Positions 22,484-34,705 of a stretch of DNA of 64,000 bases are shown in pieces. The position numbers were made by a program, and so were the translations under genes. This DNA is from Azolla caroliniana. Its lineage: Eukaryota > Plantae > Polypodiophyta. Location: the NCBI GenBank assembly GCA_043228905.1, contig JBHGNT010000001.1:16182001-16246000 (forward strand). The letters are read 5' to 3'. The stretch's first letter is position 1, and each line of letters starts with the position of its first letter. Under the pieces are notes generated by a model, which made no database searches, was not told the origin of the DNA, and saw nothing but the letters and a program-made list of their open reading frames with translations.

Positions 22484-24909
22484 TTATTTTTAATGCCTCG
22501 TATGCCTTATCCTTTGTTTCGTCCATCTGAATGGAGTGCACTGCACTGCAGCGTGTAAGCGAGTCGCAAGATCCGCCAAATAGCGTAGCATACGGTTGTG
22601 CCAACATATTTGCCCCAGAAAATGACTAAGGGCTTTAGCGTTCATGGGGATTTTCGCTTCAATAATGGCCTTAATTTTTTTGGGCTCTACTGCGATCCCA
22701 TCCTTGCTCATGATGTGACCGAGGAGCGCTCCACTTGTGACCCCAGACACGCACTTAGTTGGGTTAAGATTGAGGCGCGAAGTACGGCACCGTTCCAAAC
22801 ATAGCTATAGATGGCCCAAATGATCTCCTCTCTTCCCATACACCCCAAAGTCGTCGAGGAAGAGTTGCATGAACGCGAGGATAAAATCGCCAAGACTCTC
22901 CGTAATAGTGCGTTGGAACGTGGCGGGAGTGGTCTTGAGTCCGAACATCATGACTACAGCCACAAAGACTCCCCATTCGGTTACGAACGTGGTCTTCTGC
23001 TGATCCTCTGGGTGCATGCATACTTGGTTATACCCACTAAATCCATCCAGAAAACTATACATGTCGTGGCCTATGACAATGTCGAGTATGCTATCCGTAA
23101 ACGGTAAGGGGAATGTGTCCGTAATAGTGACAACATTTAACTTACGATAATCGACACATACGCATATTTTCCCATTTTTCTTTGGCACTACCACTATTGG
23201 GCTCAACCATGTTGCTTGCTTAACTGGTTGTATGAACCCGGCTTTTAAGAGCTTGTCAATTTCGTCTTTTACGCATGCCGTGTAGTTTGGGTTCATGCGA
23301 TAATGTCATTGCTGCACGGGTTTCACATCCGTGGCTAAGTTAATCTTGTGCTGGTAGAAATTTGGGTCCAACCCTTTCATATCTTCATGCAACCAAGTGA
23401 AGACAACTTTAAATTCCTGAAGCAACTCCGTCATTGCCTTTTTCTCACTTGGCATCAGATCCTTAGCGATTGATAGTAGCCTTGGAACTTCCACGGATCT
23501 TACATTAATTTCTCCCAAAGCCGATGTTGTAACCCTTTGCGAAAGTTCCATCTCCTTCTCGAATGCCTCCCATGCTCTGCTTAGCTCTAACATGGATTTG
23601 GGATTTGGTTCATACTCGTCCGCTAGCAGCATACTTGTTGGGGTGTATTCATTGGCAGCCTCGAGAACGTCTATCTTGAACAATGGTATTATTCGCGGGT
23701 TTTCGTCGAGGTACGCTTCAATCTTCATATCATCCAATCCTTCCAGCATATTAATTTCATCCGTGTATAGGGGCATAATGGCTTTCGTAGGTGCGGATGT
23801 TTCCTGCGTAGGTACATAGACCTTGCTTCGCCCGCGTCTGAAACTATGTTGCCAGTTCTGCTTGATGTTAGAACACCGTAGCCATGGTTGGCCTAATAAA
23901 ATCGAGTATGCCCCTGGGGCATCCAGAGCCAGTACTATCACAGAAATCTCAAAGTTATGCCCACTAACTACAATCCCTAGCTTCCGAATCAATCTTAGTG
24001 GTTTGACAGAACGAGTGTCTGCCATTCGGAGCTAGAATGGGCGTGCCTCCCAATCTGTAATGCTAAGCCAATTGCAAGTGGTTTTACTAATCACGTTGAC
24101 TCCATACCTGCCATCGACTATGCATCCTGTGATTTCATGTCCTTGCAGTACCATCCTGATGGCTAGGTTGTGATGATCTACCATTGTTAGTCCTGAGTTG
24201 CGCTTTGTGTAATTAGCCGGAATTTCCAGTCCAGCGGTGCCCTGTATGCGATTTTCCATTGTTTGTCGGAATCGCAGGACAAGTCGTAATAGCTTGTCCA
24301 TGGACATCGTAATTTCACACTCTGCCAGTGCTAGCCATACCGGGTCCGGTGTCATTGTCGTGTCTTCCCTCTGTGCGGCGGTGTTGGCAGACTCTTGTCG
24401 TATGCGCTTCGCATTAGTTAAGTTTGCTTTTTCTACCCAATCCTGGGTCGCTTTGCGTATGTCCTCTTGTTCAGCCCATTCTGTGCTTTTCGCTTGATTG
24501 CATGTTATGACCTGCTGGACGTCCGCTGTAATCGTATTTACTGCTGGTCCTTTGCCTTTAAAATGCCGTGGGCATTGCGTTGCGTAGTGGCATGGTTGCT
24601 GACACACAAAGCAATGTACATTGGATTCTCCTTTCTCCACGACTGGGGCGGCGATGGTTTCCACGGGAGCCAATTGTTCTTCCCGTGCTTGCTGAAACTG
24701 TCTGTGGTTACAGGGCTTCTAGCGATACTCCCGATGAGGCTCTTGGCATTGTTCCTCCTCGGAACTCTCCTCGTAACGGTGTTGCTCCCTTGACTGGCGA
24801 GTACTACCGTTTGGACGGGGCCCAGCCTGACTGCCGCGATTGTTGGTAGGGCGTCGATTATCATAGCGACGCCTCCCCTGATTGTAACGGTCATTGCCCC
24901 GATACTCTT
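22484..24909 (-). pseudogene. pol: Gypsy gag(C-term)-PR-RT, degenerate; gag continues at 34706-35583
   Basis: CFVCQQPCHYATQC knuckle, IVDG protease, MNPNY..., FLDDF. Confidence 0.88.
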
Positions 24910-25389
24910 TGTTGGGGACAAGGCCGTAAATGCGGAAGTGCAAGCAACATTCGTGATGAAGAAGAACTTGTGTATGCGCATAAAATAAGATAGACACCGA
25001 GAGAGAGAGAGAGAGGCACAAACCAATGTTATATTCCACTAGCAACCGTTACAAAGAATGACAAACAACCTTTTCTAAAGGTTACAAAGTCACTTTATAT
25101 AGTGACTGTCCTAGGGCAACTGCCCTTTATGCTATTTACAGAAATAGCCCAAACTTGGGCTGTCCAAAGGGTTATCTAAAAAATTACACTTGTATTCGAC
25201 ACTCCCCTGTAATGGGCGTATACATGGGTTATCTAAAAAATTACAGGTATATACAAGGTTTATCAGACATATCAGTTTTGTTAGAGTCGGCAAGATCCCA
25301 AGACAGAAGACCGAACCAGTCGGGTCAGAAGAGCTGAAGCCGATCCTCAAAGAACCGATGTCGGTGGTCCGAAACCATTCTGTGTTGTG

Positions 25390-28213
25390 TGTCAGGAACA
25401 ATACTAAGATAGAGAAGGAATTAGTACTAAAAGAATTATTAGTACTAAGAGAGGTGAATAACTTTCGAGAGAAGGAAAGAGTAAGTGAGAGGGAGAGAGA
25501 GAGACTGAGTGATGATAAGAAAAGATATATATTATGTGAAGAGAATGTACAGTAGTAGCTAGGAGGCTTAAGACTGGCGTTGAACCAATTTGGTTCGAAA
25601 TAATGCCTTATGCCTCCTTTTATAGTGTTCTGAGGAATACTCCTGAAGTTTCTAGAATGTTCTAGAGAAATCTGGAATATACATCAATTTTCTATAATAA
25701 AACATAAATGAAAATAATATTTTACGTATTACAATGTATGGTCTAATGGTCAAGAGCTCGACCCATGTAGCATAAGGTCATGGGTTCGAGTCTTGCAATA
25801 TCATGACACTATCTACCCTTCAAAACGACGAGTGTCATGAGTCATTTTGGATTGAGGACCTGGTTTGTTTGGATATTGACGATGGAATTCTTCAAGAAGA
25901 GCACGAGCATTGGTCACATTCTCTATCGGTTCCCAAGTACGCTCGCAGGGACTATATCGTAGTCAATCGACTAGATAGTGGAGCTTGTTGCGGCATGACT
26001 GTATACTCGAAGTGCCATTATCTGGTGCGAAATGCAGTCTTCCATTCATCTCCTGGTCGGAACCGTACGAGCTTATAGGCTCCCCCGTAAGTCGATCTTC
26101 GTGAAGAACCTGGCACCGTTGATCCGTTCTAAAAGGCTTGAGATAAGGGGAAGTGCATACCTATTTCTGATTGTCACCTTATTCAAGCTACGGTGATCTA
26201 CAACGAGACAAAGTGATCCATCATTTTTCTTGACAAAGAAAATGGGTGCGTCGGCTAGAGATTTTGAATGCCGAATGAAACCATTTTCCAAATTCTCCTC
26301 TATATAGGCTCGCAGGACTTCTAGCTCGGTTGGTGACAAATTGTAGATCGGTCCCCATGGTGGCTCTTTCCCCGGTTGTAAATCGATGGGGCAATCATAC
26401 GATCGATGGTGAGGAAGCGTATTGGCTTGTACTTTATCGAACATATCGGCATAATGATGATACTTCTTTGGAAGTTGAACAATGGACTCCTCTTTAATGG
26501 TGTCTGAGGGCTTTACTGATATTGCGAAGAGAAACATTTCTTCCTTGCGTCCTTCTTTCCGCAACTGATGTAGCGAAATGGTTGCAATCTCATGAGTAGA
26601 TCCTCGGGCTTTTCAATACCGCATTTCTCTTGTTCTCCAATCTATATCTGGGTTATGTAATTCGAACCATGGTAATCCTAAAAAAATGGGGTGTTCTGGG
26701 ATGCTAATTATATTAAATGATACTACACATGCAAGATTATCTAGGACAATATTAACGGGCTCTGATTCTTCCATGATATTTCTGGAAGCAATAGGACGAC
26801 CATCAATGACTACTACAGAGGCTGGACACGGGAGTTTTTTGAGTGATATCTGATGAGCTTGGGCAAAGTTCCTATCCATGAAGCAAGAATTAGCTCCGGA
26901 ATCTAGAAGTGCTAAGAAATGTACTAGAGGGGTACTTTTAGTACTAACTGTTACTTGGGCTATGAACACATTGCTAACTTGCTTAGAGGGAATGGAACCA
27001 CTAATGGGTTGCACAGATCTAGGGTTGTCCAACCAAACAACTCCTATTTTGGTTTACCTACCTTCTTGGCATATGGGGACAGTTTACCGCGATATGCCCT
27101 GGTGCACCACAATAAAGACATAGTTAGTCTGCTCGGCGTCAATGCTTTTCTTCTTCCGATAATGGTCCACGACGACGTGTGGTGTCAATTTCCATCAGAG
27201 TTGGAGTACTTACTAGAGGCGCATTATATGACTCCCTCGGAAAAGGTTTCACTACCACTGAGGCGTAGGTAGGCTCTGATCTTGCCCTTAGAATCTAGAA
27301 TTATCGTTCCGAACGTCGTTCGAAGAGGCGGTTGTCGCATCTCACCGCGCGACTGATTGGTTCTGTTAATGACTTTGGCTCTTCGGGGAAGGTGAAGAGT
27401 AAATCCTTGACATCGTTGCATAAACCATAACGAAATTGCTCCATCAATGCGTGATCAGCCCAAGGGATATCGGCAACGAGTAGGTGGAAATCTGCAGCGT
27501 ATGCGGAGGCTGGACGGTCACCTTGGCGTAATCGCTAGATTTTGTTGATTGCAGTCCTTATGTTGTTAGTATCTCCAAAATAGGCCTTAAACTCACTTAT
27601 AAATTCTTCAAAACAGTTTAGTGATGGAGATTCCTTTTCCAACAATGGAGCAAACCATGCTAACGTTGAGCCACTAAGGAGAGTGTCTACTAGTCCCACT
27701 CGTGATGCATCAATGGGATATCAAGAAGGATGCATTTGTATCACTAAACGTACCTAATTCAAAAACCTTCTAAATTGTGATAGGGTCCCATCAAATTTTG
27801 CAGGAAGACCGATCTTGGGTTCTTTGTGAATCCCTTCAGTGCTTGATCCTTGTTGTTGTAATGATACGATAATCGCTTCGAGTTGTTGTACACGTAACGT
27901 CAGCTCCCCATGTTGTTGTTGTTTTACAACGCTATTTGTTGAAGATCCCCCAACAAACGATGATTTTCTACTTCTAGTGCTATAAATTTCTCCTTTAAGC
28001 ACTGGAGCTCCGAGAAAACAGATTGGTATTCCTGGGCGCTAACAATTCCCATTTTACTAGGGAAGAGAGGAGGAAAGGAAGATACGGAAGGAAGAATGAG
28101 CAAAATCGGTTCAAACTGTTAGGAACAGTACTAAGACAGAGAAGGAATTAGTACTAAAAGAAGTATTAGTACTAAGAGATGTGAAGAACTCTTGAGAGAA
28201 GGAAAGAGTGAGT

Positions 28214-28247
<34 letters not shown>

Positions 28248-28543
28248 TGATAAGAAAAGATGTATATTATGTAAAGAGAATGTACAATAGTAGCTAGGAG
28301 GCTTAAGACTGGCGTTGAACCGATTTGGTTCGAAATAATGCCTTGTGCCTCCTTTTATAGTGTTATGAGGAATACTCCTGAAGTTTCTAGAATGTTCCAG
28401 ATAAATCTGGAATATACATCAATTTTCTATAATAAAACATAAATGAAAATAATGTTCTACGTATTACAATGTATGGTTTAATGGTCAAGAGCTCGACCCA
28501 TGTAGCATAAGGTCATGGGTTCGAGTCTTGTCATATCATGACA
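25390..28543 (-). mobile_element. Tcn1-like chromovirus, internally deleted
   Basis: LTRs 25390-25808 and 28117-28543; flanks TTGTG/CTGTG; degenerate gag, PR and RT N-terminus joined directly to the chromodomain near 25992; self-priming-type PBS at about 28103-28114. Confidence 0.9.
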
Positions 28544-28557
28544 CTGTGTGTCCGACT

Positions 28558-31500
28558 TTAACCAGACCGATTTTTCGTTACGCCCATCTGGTGCCGAAGG
28601 GACCGGAAACGATCCACCGAAAGACACTTGGTCATTCCATCTGTGACATTATCGGTTGTGGATATCTTCTCTAAACCGATTTTCCCTGAAATGACGCAGT
28701 CCCGAACGAAGTGATATCGAACGTCTATATGTTTGGAGGCATTGTGGTGAACCGGATTTTTTGACAAAGCAATAGCACCCTAACTTTCGTTGTAGACAAC
28801 TGGAACCGAGTCAGAGACGACCTGTCGAAACATGTGCGTCAGCCGACCGATCCATAAAGCTTCTTTTGCCTCGTCGGACGCAACTACATATTCCGGTTTG
28901 GTCGTTGAGGTGGCTGTGCACTCCTGAAATTTTGACTTCCACGAGATTGCTCCATTGCCGAATTTGATACAGTATCCGGTTGTTGATTTCCGACTGTCCA
29001 CACAGCCGGCGAAGTCCGAGTTTGTGTAAGCGACTATGCCTGAGGTTGAGTTCGGGCCGAAAAGAATGTCATGGTCTTTTGTGCCATCTAGATATCTAAA
29101 CACATGCTTGAATGTGTTCCAATGCGATCGGCCTAGTTTGTGCATGAATCTACTGACGACTCCTACTGCGACAGCGTGAGAAATATTAGGTCGTGTCGCG
29201 ACCATCACGTACATAAGGGAGCCGACTGCCGGTGCATACGGTACCAACTTCATATCTTCCCCCTCCGGACCGGATGTCGGGCAGTGTCGCTGAGACAGCC
29301 GAAGGTTAATGGGGAATGGGGTCAAAGCAAACTTGGCCGAGTGCATGTTGAAGCGTTCCAAGATACGTCTGATGTAGTCGGTTTGAGACAAGAAAAGTTG
29401 TCGTTTATGTCGATGCCGACTAATCTTCATACCAAGTATGTGTCTTGCCGGACCGAGGTCCTTCATGGCAAACTTCAACCGCAGTTTCCGAACGAGTTCG
29501 GTGAGCTCTCCGGCATGCCAACCGAAGAGTAGCATGTTGTCCGCGTAGATGATGAGGAAGACGGGAGACCCGTCTTGAGTTGTTTTGGTGAAGAGACAGT
29601 GGTCCTCATCGCTCTTTGAGAAGCCGACCGATTAGATGAAGTCTTCAAACTTCTTGTACCACTATCGGGGTGCCTGTTGAGGCAGTAGAGACTCTTCTTG
29701 AGTCGGCGAACTAGATGTTCCTGGCCAGATGCCACAAAGCCTTTCGGCTGCTCCATATAGATTTCCTCTTGTAGGTCACTGTGGAGGAATGTCGTTTTTA
29801 CATCTAGCTGAATCGGGTCCAAGTTTTCGGCGGTCACGATGTCATGCATGAAACGAAGGGTCGTCATTTTCACCGCTGGCGAAAAGATTTCGTCAAAGTC
29901 GATGCCATATTCTTGTCTAAATCCCTCCGCAACTAATTTGGCCTTGTACTTTGGGCTAGTCAAGTCGGACATCTCTTTTAGTCGATAGACCCACTTACAT
30001 GGAAGAGCACGTCGATTCTTCGGTAATTCGACCAAGTTCCAAGTCTTGTTTGCCCGAATGGAGTGTATTTCTGACTCCATCGCCAAATGCCATGTGGCTG
30101 AATCGGCAAATGCCGATGCTTCTTCGTAAGACGTCGGTTCGCCAACGTGAGTAAAGAAAAGTCCGGGAGAGTACCTCTTCGAAGGTTGCGATAGTCTCTC
30201 GAATCTGTGAGGTATGACTAGACTAGTCGCACCGGGTGTCGATGTCGGATGGTCGGGAGCCGAGCCATTCTACTATGCCAAATCGGTGGATTTGGTGCGA
30301 GAGGTGTCGGTTACCCATGAAACCAATCTCGTGTTGTGGGCTGGGCCATCATAAAGGGTTGGCACTTCGGAAAATATTACCCTTCGGACTTCAATAGGCC
30401 TTTCAGCCGTTTTATGCATAGCCGACTCGTTGAACACGACGTCCGCACTTTGGATGATTTGTTTATGCTCGGGGTCCCAGAGTCAGTATCCAATCTCGCC
30501 GTCGGGTCCATATCCAAGGAAAACGCATTTCCTTGATCTTGGTTCAAGTTTCCGGCGGTCGTCTTTCGGTATGAGGACATACGCCTCGCAGCCAAAGATC
30601 CTCACCTTGTCATAATTCGGCTTACAGCCAGTCCATGTTTCCTGAGGTATTTTAAGTCCTAGAGGTCTACTTGGCGACATATTTATGATGTGTACTGCCG
30701 TAAGTAGAGCCTCTACTCAGAAGCCATCTGATAGTCCGGAGTGTTGGAGCATGGATACTACGTGTTCTTAAATTGTCCGATTCAAGCGTTCTACAATTCC
30801 GTTCTGCTACGGACTATAGAGTGTCGTATATTCACGTCAAATGCCGCGTTCCCGGCAAAATTTGACAAATTCTTCAGACTTGAATTCCCCTCCGTTGTTG
30901 GTTCGGAGACATTTCAGTTTCCGACCGGTCTGATTTTCGACCATTGCAAGCCATTCAAAGAAGATCGAGAACACCCGATCTTTGGTTCTGATGGGGTAAG
31001 CCCACACCTTTCGAGTCGAGTCGTCAATAAAACTAACGAAGTACGAAGCACCGCCAAGAGACTGATTTGGCATCGGGCCACAGACGTCCGAGTGGACCAA
31101 ATCGAGGGGACTCGATTCTCTTAGTGCTGATGTCGGGTGTGATGTGGTTACCTGTTTGCCGTACTGGCAATGCTCGCAGAATTGGTGATCCGAGAAGGAG
31201 AGTTTGGGGATGTAATCGGCTCTGGATAGGTGCATTATGCCGGCCTTGTTGAGGTGTCCAATTCGTCCCTGCCATAACGATGACACAGGGATGTCAACCA
31301 AAAATAAGTCACCCTCTTTGAGTGTGACATATAAGGGGTACAAAGATTGTGCCTTTGGTCCTCGAGCAAGCAGGAGGTTCCCTTTGTGGAGTGTCCACCC
31401 TCCTGATGAGAACCCGGCACAAATGCTAGCTTCATCAAGTTGTCTGACTGAGATCAAGGGTCTTGAAAGCTCAGGAATGTGTTGGACATTGTGTAGTACG

Positions 31501-31805
31501 AGTGTAGAGCCACCTGAAAGGTTGAGCTCTACAGTGCCGATTCCGATTATGGCACAGTGTTGCGAGTTCCCGACTCGAACTGAGTCGGAGTGCCGGTCCA
31601 AGTATTGTCGAAACTGAGATCGAGGAGGTGTCACATGATACAATGCGCCCGAGTCCAGTAGCCATGTGCGCGATTCCTCAGTCATAAGTAGAACTTCTTA
31701 TTCAACTGGGTTCTCTATGGACAATATGTTCAGGTCGGTCGTCAAAATTTTGGCTAAAGAGCCGACGTAGTTGACCTCGTCATGCCAACTACTCTTCTGA
31801 TCCGC
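28558..31805 (-). pseudogene. pol: Copia PR-IN-RT-RNaseH, degenerate
   Basis: WLLDSGA, CEHCQYGKQ, VHSDVCGP, FIDD, QLDVKT, IYADN, KHIDVRYHFVRD. Confidence 0.92.
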
Positions 31806-32928
31806 TGTCGTGAAGATTTTCGGCAATAGTGTGAAAATCCCATAAAACGTACAAAATCGAGTATGAATCACATAATACAATAATTGTGAAGATAACATTT
31901 TAAATAAATTTAATATCTAAGTACAAAATGATGGAGATTTCGAATGCACTTTATTACACGAGAAACGGACAACTAAATGTCAAGATATGAGGGTATAAAG
32001 TTTGTGAAAGGAAAAGAGAAAATTGTGAGATATCCCTCATAGGCACGACAAATACGGCTCTCATAATATATAAGGTAGAGCAAAAGATATTATCTTTGTG
32101 TCTATGTGTGGAGCATAGAGAGTTCAAGGTAACTTGAACTAAGAGTGGAGGTGGGCTAGCTACTCGTAAAGGGTTTTGGCCAACCAAAACCGGACCGGCG
32201 ATGGAGCCGGTGATCCGGCGCCAGTGAGACACCTGCATCTGACGGCAATCCAGCGACAGCGAGGTGACGGCAAGGCGGCAACATCCGGCGCCGGTGAGAC
32301 GACGGCATCCGGCGAGGCACCGGTAACCGACGGCATCCGACGAACCGGCGTCCGGTGACTAGATAAATAAATATATAAATATGTATACATATACAATGAG
32401 GGCAAGTAAGGATTCGAACCTTGCACCTCCGAGTTAAGAGTCAATTGGCTTACCATTAAGCCATGCCATTTAGTTGAATTTATATTTCTATCATTGTACT
32501 TTTACGTGTAAATTCTCATACATGAGAGCTAAAATGAGTGACATGGTAATCATGCACCACATGTAATACATAAGCGCCAAATGGCAAACATGCATTTTAT
32601 GCATGTCTTGTACCCTCACATGCATCATATGCATGAGAGCATCTATAAAAGAAGGAAGGGGGAGGAGAAAAAGGGCGTTTTTTTTTTGTTATGAAATTAA
32701 GAGGAAGAAATTCGTTATCAAATTGATCGTGTAACTTGTTTCTTAAATCCAAAGATAAAAGTTCAATCAATCTCTCTCAATTGTTTAATCTTCTCTCTTT
32801 CCCAATCTATCTTAAGTACTTTCTCAGTAGAGCTTGCGCCAAAGCTTGTACCGACTTTGAATCCTTCCGGTCCAGAACCCCGGCGGTTCCGCCTCACGAT
32901 CCGCGCGTAGTGCCGGATCTTCACGACA
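31806..32928 (+). mobile_element. 1123-bp non-coding element (solo-LTR-like) with 12-bp terminal inverted repeat and 4-bp TSD
   Basis: TGTCGTGAAGAT...ATCTTCACGACA; TSD CCGC; interrupts the copia gag-PR linker; TATAAAA at about 32645. Confidence 0.85.
32399..32470 (-). pseudogene. tRNA-derived (Lys-CUU-like) module within the 31806-32928 element
   Basis: A box TGGCTTAATGG, D stem GCTT/AAGC, loop CTCTTAA, B box GGTTCGAATCC; acceptor and anticodon stems degenerate. Confidence 0.65.
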
Positions 32929-33715
32929 CCGCTCTCTGAGCTTTGTTGGGTTTTGCTTTGAGTGCCCGACTGTCGGCTTTGATGTGTCCCGGTTTCTTGC
33001 AATAGTTGCAGATTCGGTTGTCCCGGGACTTGCTCTGGCTTCATTGATTGTTCGGTAGTCGGGAAGAACTTCTTCCCCGGTTGTTCGATCGGTCGGTCGA
33101 ACCTTGTACTACGTAAGCTTCATCTGCCGAGTCTTTGGCGAAAAACTTTCTCCGAGCTACTTCAGTCAAGATTGTGCTTGTCACTTCGGAGTACTTAACG
33201 ACAACTGTTGAAGCATTGTACACGGTTGTAACGAAAGTTTCCCATGAAGAGGGGAGACTACTCATGAGTATCATTGCTCTGAGTTCATCCTTTATTGCCG
33301 ACCCTTGAGACGAGATTTGGGAGCTTATGCTTTCGTACTCGTTGAGGTGTGCCTGAATCGAATCAAATTCTTTCATCCGCAAGTTGTAGAAGCGCCGGAT
33401 CAAATACATCTTCATTGCCGCGACCTTCTTTTCATACGTTTCCGACAGTGTTTTCCAAAGTTCAAAAGTTGTCGTGCATGATTGCACTGTGAAGTACATT
33501 GACTCTGACAAGTGCATCCGAATCGTGGCGCGGACAATTCTGTCCAGCTTTAGCCACTCGTTTGCCTTATATGCTTCTGGAGGATTTTCATTCTCAATCG
33601 GGTCTATCTGACCCTTGACTAAGAGATAGTCCTGCATTTGTTCCTTCCAAAAGTTGAAGTTCGAACCGTCAAACTTCCTTAGACTCATCTCCGATGAGTC
33701 GGATGTTGATGCCAT
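32929..33715 (-). pseudogene. gag: Copia gag
   Basis: KFDGSNFNFWKEQMQDYL...LPSSW; zinc knuckle near 33000 after a stop. Confidence 0.9.
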
Positions 33716-34385
33716 CTGCTTCGGTTTTGGTTGGTAAGACTCGGTTCGGAGTTGACTACGAACCTTAGTGGGGTGCAGCCGATTGGCTCACCCGATATCG
33801 TTCTAGTCCGTTTTGAACCCGAGTCGGTTTGGTTTCGGATACTTGTTGCTGAACTCGCTCTGAGTGACTCCGGTAAGTTGAGGGACAGAACCAGTTGTTC
33901 TTCTCGAATGTTGTTGAGTCGGAGTGAGCCCGGTTAGCTTCCGATTGTATGCCGAATACTGATTACAAGAAACCGATTGTTTGGGCCGATTCTGCTTCGG
34001 ATGACTGCAGCGATGACAGGGACGGATCCAACTGATCGTCCCGAATGTCGATCAGCTGAGTGAAGCACGAATTTGGTTGTTTCCTAGAGACCAATCTACA
34101 ACGGGTGGTTATAGCAAGCGGGTGAATAGCGTCTGATGACCTATTCGGATGTTGTTTAACCAAATGAAGCACGATTGGGTTGGTTGTTGCTCAAGGAACT
34201 CCCCTCAAGTGGTTACAATCATAGGAACAGAGTACAACCGACTGGCTTACTCCAATTTGTGATTTAACACAGTGAGATGCGAGCTTTTTGTTTTTCTTCT
34301 CCCTTCTCTGTTCTTCAAAGAAAACGAAAACGGAATGTTGTGTGGTGTACTATGACGACCGGCAACAGGTTGAAGAACCTCCAAC

Positions 34386-34397
34386 GCTCTGATACCA
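34386..34397 (-). promoter_or_regulatory. PBS, initiator tRNA-Met
   Basis: TGGTATCAGAGC 2 nt from the LTR end. Confidence 0.9.
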
Positions 34398-34705
34398 AAT
34401 GTTGGGGACAAGGCCGTCAATGCGGAAGTGCAAGCAACATTCGTGATGAAGAAGAACCTGTGTATGCGCATAAAACAAGATAGATAGATACAGAGAGAGA
34501 GAGAGAGAGACGCACAAACCAATGTTATATTCCAATAGCAACCGTTACAAAGAATGACGAACAACCTTTTCTAAAGGCTACAAAGTCACTTTATATAGTG
34601 ACTGTCCTAGGGCAACTGCCCCTTATGCTATTTACAGAAATAGCCCAAACTTGGGCTATCCAAAGGGACAGTGTGAATATGGCCATTATACACTCGTATT
34701 TGACA

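Larger units (their letters stand above)
24910..34705 (-). mobile_element. Ty1/copia LTR retrotransposon, full structure but degenerate, with two nested insertions
   Basis: LTRs 34400-34705 and 24910-25201; PBS TGGTATCAGAGC; PPT CAGGGGAG at 25202-25209; gag-PR-IN-RT-RH order; CTCTT flanks (the right copy is offset by 3 nt). Confidence 0.85.
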
